This document shows, one piece after another, positions 41,465 to 54,054 of a stretch of DNA of 64,000 nucleotides. The stretch covers positions 64,001 to 128,000 of the forward strand of contig JBFXKG010000004.1 of assembly GCA_050174015.1 (NCBI GenBank), written 5' to 3'. The position numbers and the translations under genes were made by a program. The notes under the pieces are model-generated. The model was not told the origin of the DNA and did not search any database. It saw nothing but the letters and a program-made list of their open reading frames with translations. Position 1 is the first letter of the stretch. The number at the start of each line of letters is the position of its first letter. This DNA is from Candidatus Krumholzibacteriia bacterium (GTDB lineage Bacteria; Krumholzibacteriota; Krumholzibacteriia; LZORAL124-64-63).

Positions 41465-41613
41465 GACGTCTCCTCGAACGGATTCATGATTCGGATCGGG
41501 CGCACCCGCGCCTCGGGTGGATGCGGCGCCTGGGGCCTCCACCAAAATACTGCCCCCGGCCAGCATAGGCCAGATCCGGCCCGGTGCCAATCAAACCTGG
41601 AAAGGGGGCGTCA

Positions 41614-42474
41614 TCAGAGGGGTTTCCGGTAACAGGCCGGCAGGACGTACCTGTACAGGCCGCCGTCCCGGTTGATCGTCTCGGAATGGCCGATGAAGAG
41701 GTAGCCGCCCGGAACCGTGTTGTCGGCGAACTTCTCGACAAGCTTGGCCCGGGTGGGGTTGTCGAAGTAGATCATGACGTTACGGCAGAAGATCGCGTCG
41801 AACGGGCTGCGGAACCTGAACACCCGGTTCATGAGGTTGTGGCGTCGGAAGTGGACCAGGGTGCGGATGGGGTCCCCGACGCGGTACATTCCGCCCGGCT
41901 GCTTGATCAGGTAGCGGTTCTTCAGGGCGGGGGGCAGCTTGGACACCGCATCATGGGGGTAGATGGCCGCCTGGGCCTTTTGCAGGGCCTTCATGGAGAT
42001 GTCGGTCGCCAGCAGGACCGGCTTCAGACGGGCTCCGGACGCCGCCAGGGCTTCCGCCATGAGCATCATCAGCGTGTACGGTTCCTCCCCCGTGGAGCAT
42101 CCCGCGCACCAGACCCGGAGTTCGGGGTCGCCCGCGGCCGTCCTCCGCCTGATGGCCTCGGGCAGGACCGTGGCGGCGAAATGGTCGAAGTGCTCGTGCT
42201 CCCGGTTGAAGTAGGTGTGGTTGGTCGAGATGCGATCGGCCAGTTCGCTCAGGGCTTCCCCGCTGGGATCCCCCTGGACCCAGTGCAGGTAGTCCCCGAA
42301 CGTCGAGAACCCCCGCAACCGGAGCACCTTCTGCAGGCGCCCCACCACGAGGGTCTTCTTCTGCGAGCTGAGTGATATCCCGAAGTTCTCGTAGACCAGA
42401 CGCCGGACGGCGTCGAACTCCCGGTCCGAGATCCGCGACTCCACGGGCGCGGTGAGGGTGTCCTGGGGGCTCAT
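41614..42474 (-). CDS. cheR: Chemotaxis protein methyltransferase CheR
   Basis: STNHTYFNRE, VWCAGCSTGEEPY, IFCRNVMIYF and LFIGHSE motifs. Confidence 0.93.
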   Translation of the reverse strand: MSPQDTLTAPVESRISDREFDAVRRLVYENFGISLSSQKKTLVVGRLQKVLRLRGFSTFGDYLHWVQGDPSGEALSELADRISTNHTYFNREHEHFDHFAATVLPEAIRRRTAAGDPELRVWCAGCSTGEEPYTLMMLMAEALAASGARLKPVLLATDISMKALQKAQAAIYPHDAVSKLPPALKNRYLIKQPGGMYRVGDPIRTLVHFRRHNLMNRVFRFRSPFDAIFCRNVMIYFDNPTRAKLVEKFADNTVPGGYLFIGHSETINRDGGLYRYVLPACYRKPL

Positions 42475-42899
42475 CAGGTCCTGTCCGCTCCCGAACCGAC
42501 CAGTTCCACCTTCAGGCCGACTTCCTTCAGGACATCCATGAACTTCCGCTTGACGATGGGCTTGACCAGGTAGCCGTCGGCCGCGTCCTTGAACGACTTG
42601 CGGATGACCTCGTGGTCCTCGAGCGCGCTGGTCATGATGATCTTGGCTCCCTGCCCCACCTGGAGCCCCTTGCGCTCCTCCAGCTTCCGGATGTCGACCA
42701 GGGTCTCCTGGCCGCACTTGCCCGGCATCATGATGTCCAGACAGATGAGATCGTAGTGGCTCCCGCTGTCCAGGGCGGCCTGCACGGCCGCCACGGCTTC
42801 GTTGCCGTTGACGGCGACGTCGCAGTCCCCGTAGGATTCCAGATATCGGCACAACAGGCGGCGGCTGATGAAGTCGTCTTCCACGATCAGGATCTGCAT
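42474..42899 (-). CDS. CheY-like single-domain response regulator
   Basis: MQILIVEDD, LDIMMP, IMTSA and YLVKP motifs. Confidence 0.88.
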   Translation of the reverse strand: MQILIVEDDFISRRLLCRYLESYGDCDVAVNGNEAVAAVQAALDSGSHYDLICLDIMMPGKCGQETLVDIRKLEERKGLQVGQGAKIIMTSALEDHEVIRKSFKDAADGYLVKPIVKRKFMDVLKEVGLKVELVGSGADRT

Positions 42900-42990
42900 G
42901 GGTCGTTCCTCACGTTGGATCCGGCCTGAAGGCGCGGCGCGGACGGTAGGCGGAAATCCGGACCATCCCCTCGGTCCTGCCTCACCTCCG

Positions 42991-43018
42991 ATATCGGTCA
43001 CGATTCCCGGACCCTTGA
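42991..43018 (-). promoter_or_regulatory. Possible sigma28 promoter for cheY-cheR
   Basis: Minus strand TCAA-N16-ACCGATAT. Confidence 0.45.
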
Positions 43019-43150
43019 ATAAATCTTCAGGTCCGCAGGTACTCTTGATGGCCGGCTCGCCGGGATTATCTTGGGAGCGATTCCGGCCCGGCCGGTGTTC
43101 CAGCAGGATCTGCCCCACTCCATGATCATGGCACGAAAAGGAAGGCGAAC

Positions 43151-43942
43151 ATGGGCTTGCTCGGCACCTTGATCGGGGGCGGCCTCGGTTTCATGTTTTT
43201 CGGTCCGCTGGGAGCCATCCTCGGCGGCGCCCTGGGCTCGAACATCGAGCTGGACGGGGGCTCCCGCCCCCATCCCGGCGCCAGGCGGCCCGGCCAGGCC
43301 TGGGGAACCCGCCCCGGCGGCAGGGTCGATCCCCTGCAGGCCCAGCAGATCTTCCTGGTCGCCATGATCAGCCTGGCGGCCAAGGTCGCCAAGGCGGACG
43401 GACGGGTCACCCCGGACGAGGTCGCCTCGTTCGACCAGTTCCTAAGGACCAACCTGGGGATGCCGGCCGACGAGCGACGCATCGCCGCCCGCATCTTCAA
43501 CGAGGCGCGCGACTCGGCGATCCCCTCTTCCGAGTTCACCGCCCAGATCCGGCAGACCATCGGCCGCCATTCCCAGCGCCTGCACGATCTGGTGACCCTG
43601 CTGGTGGGCATCGCCCTGGCCGACGGGGTGATGCACCCTGCCGAAGAGGACCTGATCCGCACCATCGCCCGCGATCTCGGCCTCGGCGAACGGGCCTTCC
43701 AGGAGGCCCTCGCCATGTTCCGCCCCGAACAGAACCTCGCGAGCGCCTACGCCGCCCTCGGGCTCGATCCCGGCGCCACGGACGCCGAGGTCCGCAAGTC
43801 CTACCGCCGGCTGGCCAAGGAATATCATCCCGACATCATGGCCAACAAGGGCCTCGGGGAGGACTTCCAGAAGTTCGCCGAGGAGAAGATGCGCGCCGTC
43901 AACGGCGCCTACGCCGCCATCAAGGAAGCGCGGGGTTTCTGA
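43151..43942 (+). CDS. djlA: DjlA-like co-chaperone (TM, TerB-like and J domain)
   Basis: Gly-rich TM; AKVAKADGRV; C-terminal J domain with YHPD. Confidence 0.85.
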   Translation: MGLLGTLIGGGLGFMFFGPLGAILGGALGSNIELDGGSRPHPGARRPGQAWGTRPGGRVDPLQAQQIFLVAMISLAAKVAKADGRVTPDEVASFDQFLRTNLGMPADERRIAARIFNEARDSAIPSSEFTAQIRQTIGRHSQRLHDLVTLLVGIALADGVMHPAEEDLIRTIARDLGLGERAFQEALAMFRPEQNLASAYAALGLDPGATDAEVRKSYRRLAKEYHPDIMANKGLGEDFQKFAEEKMRAVNGAYAAIKEARGF

Positions 43943-44763
43943 TGCCCGAACTGCCCGAGGTGGAGAGCGTCGGCCGCGCCTTGCTGGCCAACCTCCGGGG
44001 ACGGCGCCTGACGGGATTGCAGGTCGCCTTTCCGGGCGTCCTGACCCAGACCCCGCACCGGATCCGCCGGGCCCTGGTGGGCCGGACCCTCACCGGACTT
44101 CACCGGCGGGGCAAGTATCTCATCCTGCACTTCGCCGACGGCGGCGGCGATCCCGCCTACCTGATGATCCACCTGCGCATGACCGGCCAGATCTTCGTGC
44201 TGGACGGCTACCTCCCCGACAAGCACGTCCACGTGACCTTCGACTTCGACGGCCTGCCGGTGCATTACCGGGACATCCGCAAGTTCGGCCGCCTCACCCT
44301 CGTGGAGGACGGGGTGGCGCCCCGCGCCCTCGACCACGTCGGACCGGACATGCTGGAAGTGCGCTGGCCCGAATGGAGGGAGCGGATCGCCGCGCGCGGC
44401 GCCCCCGTCAAGGCCTGCCTGCTGGACCAGGGCATCGCCTCGGGCCTCGGCAACATCTACGTGGACGAGTGCCTGTTCCTGGCCGGGATCCATCCCCTGG
44501 CCCGCCCCTGCGACCTGGACGAGGCGGAACTGCGGGAAGTGCTGCTGCGCGCCAAGCAGGTGTTGCGCCTGGCCATCCGCCACGGCGGCACCACCTTCCT
44601 GAACTTCACGAACTTCGTGGGCAAGCCGGGGAACTTCCGGCGCAAGCTGCGGGTCTACGGGCGGGCGGGCGAGCCCTGCCGGGATTGCGACGCCACCCTG
44701 CAGAAGCTGACCGTGGCCGGGCGAACGACCGTCTTCTGTCCCCGGTGTCAGCCGGCTCCCTGA
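43942..44763 (+). CDS. mutM: Formamidopyrimidine-DNA glycosylase
   Basis: MPELPEVE, RRGKYL, HLRMTG, GLGNIY and a C-terminal zinc finger (CRDC...CPRCQ). Confidence 0.95.
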   Translation: MPELPEVESVGRALLANLRGRRLTGLQVAFPGVLTQTPHRIRRALVGRTLTGLHRRGKYLILHFADGGGDPAYLMIHLRMTGQIFVLDGYLPDKHVHVTFDFDGLPVHYRDIRKFGRLTLVEDGVAPRALDHVGPDMLEVRWPEWRERIAARGAPVKACLLDQGIASGLGNIYVDECLFLAGIHPLARPCDLDEAELREVLLRAKQVLRLAIRHGGTTFLNFTNFVGKPGNFRRKLRVYGRAGEPCRDCDATLQKLTVAGRTTVFCPRCQPAP

Positions 44764-44767
44764 GGAT

Positions 44768-45085
44768 TCAGACGCAGGAGTCGGGACGGGGCAACCCCGC
44801 GATGCGGCAGGCCCCCCGGGCCGGGCCGTCAGGGAAGAGGTCGTAGATCCTCTGGAGGGAGAACCCGGTTTCCCGGCAGAGCACCCGGATCATCGGGGCC
44901 GCTCCCTGGGCCCCGTGGAACTTCCGCAGGAAATCGATGATCTTCCAGTGGTCGGCCGTCAGCCCTCCCAGCCCGTCGGCCTCGGCCAGGGCGTGAGCCA
45001 GCGCGGGGGACCATTCCTGCCCGTCGACCAGGTAGCCCTTGTCGTCGATCTCGACCTTGATGTCTCCGGCTTCGAACAGCGGCAT
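44768..45085 (-). CDS. TusE/DsrC-family sulfur relay protein
   Basis: DDKGYL, LTADHW and LFPDGPARGACRIAGLPRPDSCV. Confidence 0.9.
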   Translation of the reverse strand: MPLFEAGDIKVEIDDKGYLVDGQEWSPALAHALAEADGLGGLTADHWKIIDFLRKFHGAQGAAPMIRVLCRETGFSLQRIYDLFPDGPARGACRIAGLPRPDSCV

Positions 45086-45174
45086 GATCGGCTCCTGCGG
45101 GGTATGACGGCGCCGGTGCAGCGCCTACCGGCCGAAAAATACCGCGTTTGCCCCTGCGGGACAAGCGGCCGGCA

Positions 45175-46986
45175 TCAGCGCGCGGCCGCCCCGATCCGGC
45201 CACAGGATCCGGCGTCCAGGCAGGGCGATGCTGCGAGGAGCCCATAGCCGTACCGGTCGGCGAACAGGGGATCGGCCTCGAGATTGCCGCCGAGGTCCAC
45301 GTAGAGGGACGCCGTGGGGAAGTTCTGGGTGTGGCCGAAGATGTCCGTGCAGCCCAGGGACAGATTGCTGTCCTGGTAGAAGCTGAAGGCCGCTCCGGGA
45401 CGGTTGAAGGCGATGATGCACTCTTCGAAGGTCAGGAAGGAGGCGTCAGGCATCCGGACCGCCGATCCCCGCACTCCCTCGTTGTCGGCCAGGGTGCAAC
45501 TCCTCACCACGCAGCCGGGATTCAGCTGCTCCACCGACAACGCGCCGCCGTCCAGGCGGCTTTCGTTGCCGGCCAGGAGACAGTCCTCGAGGGTGAAGGT
45601 CGCGTGGTAGACGTAGATGGCGCCCCCGTCCTGATCGGCGTGATTGTCCCGGAAGTCGCAGCCCGTGATGGTGATGCGCGGCGCGCTGTTGATGAGCATG
45701 ATCCCCCCGCCCCAGTCCGCCTCGTTCCCGGTGAGGACGCAGTTCTCCAGGCCGCCGCCGCACTGGCCGGCGAAGATCACCCCGCCGCCCTGGGTCGCCC
45801 GGTTGCCGGTGATGATGCAGTCCCGGACCACCGAATCGGTCAGGTGCAGGGAGATCCCGCCGCCGGCCCAGGCCTCCTCCGGGGTGGTCTCCTGGGCGGT
45901 GGCCCGCCCGCCGGTGATGGTGAAACCCTCGATGAAGATGGCTGCGCGGTAGGTCCCCCGTTCCGGATCGGTGATCTCCCCGCCGGGGATGGTGATCACG
46001 TTGCCCTGGTCCTCGGCGTCCAGGATCGTCGCCTCCGGCCCCGCCAGGCTGCGCAGGGTGACGTCGTGGGTGAAGCGGTCGACGTAGATGAGCCCGAACT
46101 TGAGGTCGCCGGTGCCCTGGTCGGTCCAGGTGTAGCGGCCGGGGCCCACCAGGACCACGTCCCCCTCGGCCGCCTCGGCCACGGCTTCCTCGATGGTGGG
46201 GAAGTCCCCCGTGCCCTCGACGTTCACGTAGATCGTGGTGCGCTCGACGGTCCGGGCCGGCACGTCCGCCGGCGCCCGCGACCGCAGGCCCGCCTCGTCG
46301 ACGGCGACCACCCCAAGATGGAGGTCCGCATCGGGCTCCAGCCCCGTGACCGTCGCCTGCAGGAGGCCGGGCAGCGTGTGGGCGCCCACCGTGGATTCCA
46401 CGGGAACGGCCTCGGCCCAGCTGGCGGCGGTGACCGGTTCGGCATGGCGGCGGATCTCGTACCCCGCCGCCTCCCCGTAGACCGTGTCGTCCCCGCAGGG
46501 CGAGAAGACGAGGGTCACCGAGCCGGGGGTGCTGGACCAGACCCGCAGGCCGGACACCGGGCCGGGGGGCGTGATGTCGAACGCCGCGTCCGCCGTTCCC
46601 ACGGCGAAGTTGGACGCTCCCGACCATGGGCCGGATCCCGACCGGGCCCGCAGGAGGCAGACCACGGTCTCGCCCTGGGCCAACCCCGTCACGGTGAACG
46701 AGGTGGCTCCGGTCGTACCACGAGTCGTCCAGGCCGCGATGTCGGCCCCCTCGTCCCCCAGGGGGATGGTCCGGATCTCGTAAGTCAGGTTCCCATCCTG
46801 GGGCGCCGTCCACCGGAGGGACAGTTCGCCCGGGCCGCCCCCCGTCACGGCCAGGTCTCCCACGGCCCCCGGCGCCGGACCGGCGGGCGCGGCGGGGTTC
46901 CCCTCGTCCGATCCGCAGGCCGGGATCAGGAGGATCGACAGGAAAACCAAGAAGATCAGGTCAGGACGGCGGACACGACGAGGCAT
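45175..46986 (-). CDS. Lipoprotein with FN3-like domains and a right-handed parallel beta-helix
   Basis: LLIPAC lipobox; LRWTAP FN3-like segment; GDFPTIEEAV; repeated N-x-A-x-x-GGG/GGA coils. Confidence 0.75.
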   Translation of the reverse strand: MPRRVRRPDLIFLVFLSILLIPACGSDEGNPAAPAGPAPGAVGDLAVTGGGPGELSLRWTAPQDGNLTYEIRTIPLGDEGADIAAWTTRGTTGATSFTVTGLAQGETVVCLLRARSGSGPWSGASNFAVGTADAAFDITPPGPVSGLRVWSSTPGSVTLVFSPCGDDTVYGEAAGYEIRRHAEPVTAASWAEAVPVESTVGAHTLPGLLQATVTGLEPDADLHLGVVAVDEAGLRSRAPADVPARTVERTTIYVNVEGTGDFPTIEEAVAEAAEGDVVLVGPGRYTWTDQGTGDLKFGLIYVDRFTHDVTLRSLAGPEATILDAEDQGNVITIPGGEITDPERGTYRAAIFIEGFTITGGRATAQETTPEEAWAGGGISLHLTDSVVRDCIITGNRATQGGGVIFAGQCGGGLENCVLTGNEADWGGGIMLINSAPRITITGCDFRDNHADQDGGAIYVYHATFTLEDCLLAGNESRLDGGALSVEQLNPGCVVRSCTLADNEGVRGSAVRMPDASFLTFEECIIAFNRPGAAFSFYQDSNLSLGCTDIFGHTQNFPTASLYVDLGGNLEADPLFADRYGYGLLAASPCLDAGSCGRIGAAAR

Positions 46987-47074
46987 GATCAGGGCTCCGG
47001 AGGCTCAGGGTGCATATCCCAGTTATTCCGATGGATTTAAGGAATGAATACGCAGCGGGCAAGAGGAAGGATGC

Positions 47075-47113
47075 AAAAAACGGGGAGCTGGTTCTACGAC
47101 AACCTGCTCCCCG
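47075..47113 (-). terminator. Intrinsic terminator of the atp operon
   Basis: CGGGGAGC...GCTCCCCG stem followed by T6 on the minus strand, downstream of atpC. Confidence 0.7.
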
Positions 47114-47198
47114 GTCTCTCCTGATTCAGGAGAACATGATACTCGTTCTCAAGCCAAAAAGCAAACAAAATTTGTGTGGATTTCAGGCTTTCGGCGGA

Positions 47199-47612
47199 TC
47201 AGTGCATCTTCCCCGTGGCCTTCAACCGGGCTTCCGCCCTGGCCAGCGCCATCCGGGCGCGCTCCCGGTTCAGGTCGTGCTCCATGTCGTTGAGCCGCTT
47301 GCGGGCGCGCTTGAGGGCCTCCTCGGCCCGGTGGACGTCGATTTCGCCGGCCTTCTCGCAGGTCTCGACCATCAGGTTGACGGTGTTTTCCGAGATCTCC
47401 ACGAAGCCCGCGCCCACGGCCATCTTCAGCTCGCTGCCCTGGTCGTCCTTCTTCAGGGTGACGACGCCGGGCACGACCGCGGCCACCAGCGGAGCATGGT
47501 TCGCCCACACGCCGATGTAGCCGGCCAGCCCGGGTATGACGGCCGAAATCGTCTGCCCCTTGTAGGCCGTCTTGTCGGGCGTGACGATGACCACGTCGAA
47601 GGGCTTGGCCAT
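47199..47612 (-). CDS. atpC: ATP synthase F1 epsilon subunit
   Basis: IVTPD, NHAPL, GFVEI motifs; operon position. Confidence 0.95.
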   Translation of the reverse strand: MAKPFDVVIVTPDKTAYKGQTISAVIPGLAGYIGVWANHAPLVAAVVPGVVTLKKDDQGSELKMAVGAGFVEISENTVNLMVETCEKAGEIDVHRAEEALKRARKRLNDMEHDLNRERARMALARAEARLKATGKMH

Positions 47613-47615
47613 GGC

Positions 47616-49082
<1,467 letters not shown>

Positions 49083-49955
49083 CTAGAGTGCGTTGGCGCC
49101 GCCGACGATGTCCAGCAACTCGGACGTGATGGCGGCCTGGCGTTCCCGGTTGCGCTGCAGGGTCAGGCTCTCGATCAGCTCGCCGGCGTTCTCGGTGGCC
49201 GCGCTCATGCTGGTCATCCGGGCCGCGTGCTCGCTGGTGAAGGCCTCGCTCAAGGTCATGAACACGCGGTTGCGCAGGTAGAGAGGCAACAGGACCCCGA
49301 AGAGCTCCTCCTGGCTCGGCTCCCAGATGTAGTCCAGGTCGCCGTGCTCGGCGTCCCCGGTCTCCACCGGGTCCTGGGCGATGGGCAGGAGCGGCAGGTT
49401 CACCGGCTTCTGGGTCATCGTGCTGACGAAGGACGAGTAGACCACCCGCACCTCGTCGAAGGCCCCGGATGTGAAGGCCCCCACGGCGTTGTCCCCCACC
49501 AGCTTGCCGCGCTCGCTGTCGGCGTCCCCGGCGAAATCCTCGTGGCTCCGGAACAGCTTGTAGCCGCGCTTGCGGAAGTGGTCGGCCGCCTTCCTGCCGA
49601 TGGCGTAGACCTCGGTCTCCACACCCTCGGCGACCGAGGCGTCCACGGCCTGGTGGGCCAGCTTGATGATGTTCATGTTGTAGGACCCGCACAGGCCCTT
49701 GTCCGAGGTGATCACCACGAACAGCCGGCGGCGCACGGGTCGGACCTCGAACAGCGGGTGGGCGACGTCCGCCTTGTCCGCCAGGTGCTGCATCAGCTCG
49801 GCCAGCTTGCGCGAATAGGGCCGCGCCGCCAGCATCTTGCCCTGCTGGCGCTGCAGCTTGGCCGCCGCGACCATCTTCATGGCCTTGGTGATTTGCTGCG
49901 TGCTCTTGACCGAACGGATCCGGTTGTTGAGTAGCTTTACCCCGGCTCCCGCCAC
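49083..49955 (-). CDS. atpG: ATP synthase F1 gamma subunit
   Basis: ITKAMKMVAAAK, DKGLCG and RQAAITSE motifs. Confidence 0.97.
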   Translation of the reverse strand: MAGAGVKLLNNRIRSVKSTQQITKAMKMVAAAKLQRQQGKMLAARPYSRKLAELMQHLADKADVAHPLFEVRPVRRRLFVVITSDKGLCGSYNMNIIKLAHQAVDASVAEGVETEVYAIGRKAADHFRKRGYKLFRSHEDFAGDADSERGKLVGDNAVGAFTSGAFDEVRVVYSSFVSTMTQKPVNLPLLPIAQDPVETGDAEHGDLDYIWEPSQEELFGVLLPLYLRNRVFMTLSEAFTSEHAARMTSMSAATENAGELIESLTLQRNRERQAAITSELLDIVGGANAL

Positions 49956-49984
49956 GGGTTACCTCCTGAGGACGGGCTCGGCGG

Positions 49985-51490
<1,506 letters not shown>

Positions 51491-51544
51491 TGCCCATCTC
51501 CTCTTTGAAAACCGTTCAGCGCTTCGCCGCCCGTCCCCGGAGGA

Positions 51545-52093
51545 CTAGCGGACGGGCGTCTTCTCCAGCTGCCTGCGCAGCCTGTCCAGGTTCGAGCTGA
51601 TCGTGCCGTCGAGGATCCTGCCGTCCATGGTCACGCAGGCCCCACCCAGGACGCGGGGGTCCACCTTCTTCTGCAGGAGGATCTTCCGGCCGGTCATCGC
51701 CGCCAGCTTGGCGGTGAGGCCCGCAGCCAGATCGTCCGCCAGGGGCACGGCCGTGATCACCCTCGCCCTCAGGACACCCTGTTCCTTCTCGTAAAGGCCG
51801 GCGAAAACCTCTCCGATGTCCTTCAGGTTCTCGATGCGGTTCTTGTCGATCAGGAGGAAGAAGAAGGTCAGCAGGAGGTCCTCGATCCTGCCGCCGAAGA
51901 CGTTCTTCAGGAGGTCCTTCTTCTCCTGCTCGGCCACCTGCGGACTGTCGAGGAACGTCACGAGGTCGCGGTTGGCCGCGACCACCCCGACCACCGCGGC
52001 GAAGGAATCCGCCACCCCGTCGAGAACGCCGGCCTGCTTCGCCGAAGCGAGCAGGGCGCCGGCATAACGGACTGCCACCCGGCGATCACGCAT
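51545..52093 (-). CDS. atpH: ATP synthase F1 delta subunit
   Basis: AVRYAGAL and VDPRVLGG motifs; operon position. Confidence 0.93.
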   Translation of the reverse strand: MRDRRVAVRYAGALLASAKQAGVLDGVADSFAAVVGVVAANRDLVTFLDSPQVAEQEKKDLLKNVFGGRIEDLLLTFFFLLIDKNRIENLKDIGEVFAGLYEKEQGVLRARVITAVPLADDLAAGLTAKLAAMTGRKILLQKKVDPRVLGGACVTMDGRILDGTISSNLDRLRRQLEKTPVR

Positions 52094-52586
52094 GGGGCCG
52101 CTCTCCCAGCTGGTCGATGTACTCGAGGATCAGCTTGCGGTGCAGGTCGTCGTCCAGCCGCTCGCCGATGATCTTCTCGGCGGCGCCGATGGCCATGGCG
52201 ACCACCGAGTCGCGCAGCTCGATCTGGGCCTTGTGGGTCTCCAGCTCGATGTCCTGGGCGGCCTTGACCTTGGTCTCCTCGGCGCTCTGGCGCGCCCTGG
52301 CGATGATGCCCTCGCCCTGCTGCTCGCCCCGCTTGACCGCCTCCTGGACCTTCTCGCGCTCGATGACCTTGATGTCGGTGAGCTTGAGCTCGAACTCGCC
52401 CTTGAGCTGTTCGGCGTCGGCGAGGTTCTTCTCGGCGGCGGCGTAGTCCTTCTCGATCTTGTTGCGCCGCTCGTCGAGCAGGTTGAGGATCGGCCCCCAG
52501 GCGAACTTGGCCAGCACCCATACGAAGATGAGGAAGCCGACCGCCGTCGTCAGCAGGTTGGTTATGTTTGGTGTCACGAATTCCAT
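52086..52586 (-). CDS. atpF: ATP synthase F0 b subunit
   Basis: TM followed by KFAWGPI...ERRNKI coiled coil. Confidence 0.94.
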   Translation of the reverse strand: MEFVTPNITNLLTTAVGFLIFVWVLAKFAWGPILNLLDERRNKIEKDYAAAEKNLADAEQLKGEFELKLTDIKVIEREKVQEAVKRGEQQGEGIIARARQSAEETKVKAAQDIELETHKAQIELRDSVVAMAIGAAEKIIGERLDDDLHRKLILEYIDQLGERPHA

Positions 52587-52690
52587 GCTGGAATACCTTC
52601 CGGTCGCAGTTTCCCGGTCGTGCCGGGGCAGCCGCCGCGCTCAGAGCAGGCCGCTACCGTTCCGTCACGCGCCGGGGCCCGGGCGAATGA

Positions 52691-52915
52691 CTAACCGACC
52701 TTGCCCATCAGCAGGATGGTGGCGACCAGAGCGTAGATGGTCAGGGCCTCGATGAAGGCGCAACCGATGATCATGGCCGTCTGAATCTGGCCGATGGCTT
52801 CGGGCTGACGGCCCATGGCGTTCATGCCGCCTTCGATGGCGCGACCGAGACCGAGACCCGAGCCGATGGCCGCCAGGCCGAGACCGATGGGGAGAGCGAA
52901 TCCGAGCAGATCCAT
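52691..52915 (-). CDS. atpE: ATP synthase F0 c subunit
   Basis: GLGLG, RQPE and FIEAL motifs. Confidence 0.96.
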   Translation of the reverse strand: MDLLGFALPIGLGLAAIGSGLGLGRAIEGGMNAMGRQPEAIGQIQTAMIIGCAFIEALTIYALVATILLMGKVG

Positions 52916-52990
52916 TGTTCCTCCTAAACGCGCGTTCGCGTGTCAGGTTTGCGGGACGACCCCGCGTTATCCGGGCGCAGCGGGCCCGGG

Positions 52991-54043
52991 CTAGTGCCCG
53001 TGGGCCTCCTCGTGACCGTGATGACCATGGTCATGAGGCAGCCACAGGGCAATATAGACCGTCGACAGCAGGGTGAAGACCAGCGCCTGGATGGTGCTGG
53101 ACAACAGACCCAGGAAGTAGAACGGGAACTGCAGGGGCAGACCCGGCACGAAATCGGATCCGGTGAGGCCGTAGCTGATGCCGGCGCCCAGCAGGACCAT
53201 GGTGGCCACCAGGGTCTCCTCGCCGAAGATGTTGCCGAACAGACGCAGGCTCAGCGAGATGGGCTTGATCAGCTCGCCCACCAGATGCAGGGGGAAGAAC
53301 AGCCAGACCAGGGCCCACTCGACCCCTGACCTGGGGGATCCCGCCATGTGGAACAGGTACCCGCCCACCCCGTTGAGCCTCAGGGCGGTCCCCTGCACGT
53401 ACAGGAAGGTCAGCGCCCCCAGGGCGAAAGTGGTGTTGGCGAAGCTGCTGGTCGCCGCATGCCCCAGAGGGATGATGCCGAACAGGTTGTTGCAGAGGAT
53501 GAAGATGAACAGGGAGCCGAGGTAGGGCGTGTACTTGCGGGCGTCCTCGCCGAGGATGGTCCGGAACAGGGAGTAGAGCCCCCCGAAGATCATCTCGACG
53601 GCCATCTGCATGCGGCCGGGCCGGCGGGCGTCCAGCTTCCTCGACAGGATGACGAAGACCACCGCCAGGACCAGGGCCATGAACAGGGAGAAGATGGGAT
53701 CCTTGGCCGCGTCCAGCCTGGCGGCGAAGTCGGCAGGGACCCACTGCTCGATGAAGGTCAGGGCGCTGGGCAGATGGGGCATGCCCCCGTGGCCACCCCC
53801 GTGCTCGCCGTTCGCATCCCCGTGGGCCTCGGCGGCATGGGGATCGGCGGCGTGGACGTCGATGGGCGCGTGATCGTCCCCGTGGTCGGTCTCCTGGCCG
53901 TGGGCGTCATGCTGTTCGGCGGCCTGCCGGGTGTCGTGGGCGTCATGCTGGGCGGAAGCGACGGACCCCACGCCCGATGCGAACAGGACGGCACCGAGGA
54001 CGAGCAGCCAGGCAGCCGGGACTTTGGTCTGCAATTTGCGCAT
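52991..54043 (-). CDS. atpB: ATP synthase F0 a subunit with N-terminal signal-like and His-rich extension
   Basis: PISLSLRLFGNI and IQALVFTLL motifs. Start uncertain (54043-54058). Confidence 0.93.
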   Translation of the reverse strand: MRKLQTKVPAAWLLVLGAVLFASGVGSVASAQHDAHDTRQAAEQHDAHGQETDHGDDHAPIDVHAADPHAAEAHGDANGEHGGGHGGMPHLPSALTFIEQWVPADFAARLDAAKDPIFSLFMALVLAVVFVILSRKLDARRPGRMQMAVEMIFGGLYSLFRTILGEDARKYTPYLGSLFIFILCNNLFGIIPLGHAATSSFANTTFALGALTFLYVQGTALRLNGVGGYLFHMAGSPRSGVEWALVWLFFPLHLVGELIKPISLSLRLFGNIFGEETLVATMVLLGAGISYGLTGSDFVPGLPLQFPFYFLGLLSSTIQALVFTLLSTVYIALWLPHDHGHHGHEEAHGH

Positions 54044-54054
54044 GTTCATCCAGA

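Noticed and set aside
52691..52915. Na+-translocating ATP synthase
   Set aside because: The c subunit has EAL rather than the ES/T Na+-binding signature and lacks the N-helix Gln; H+ coupling is more likely.
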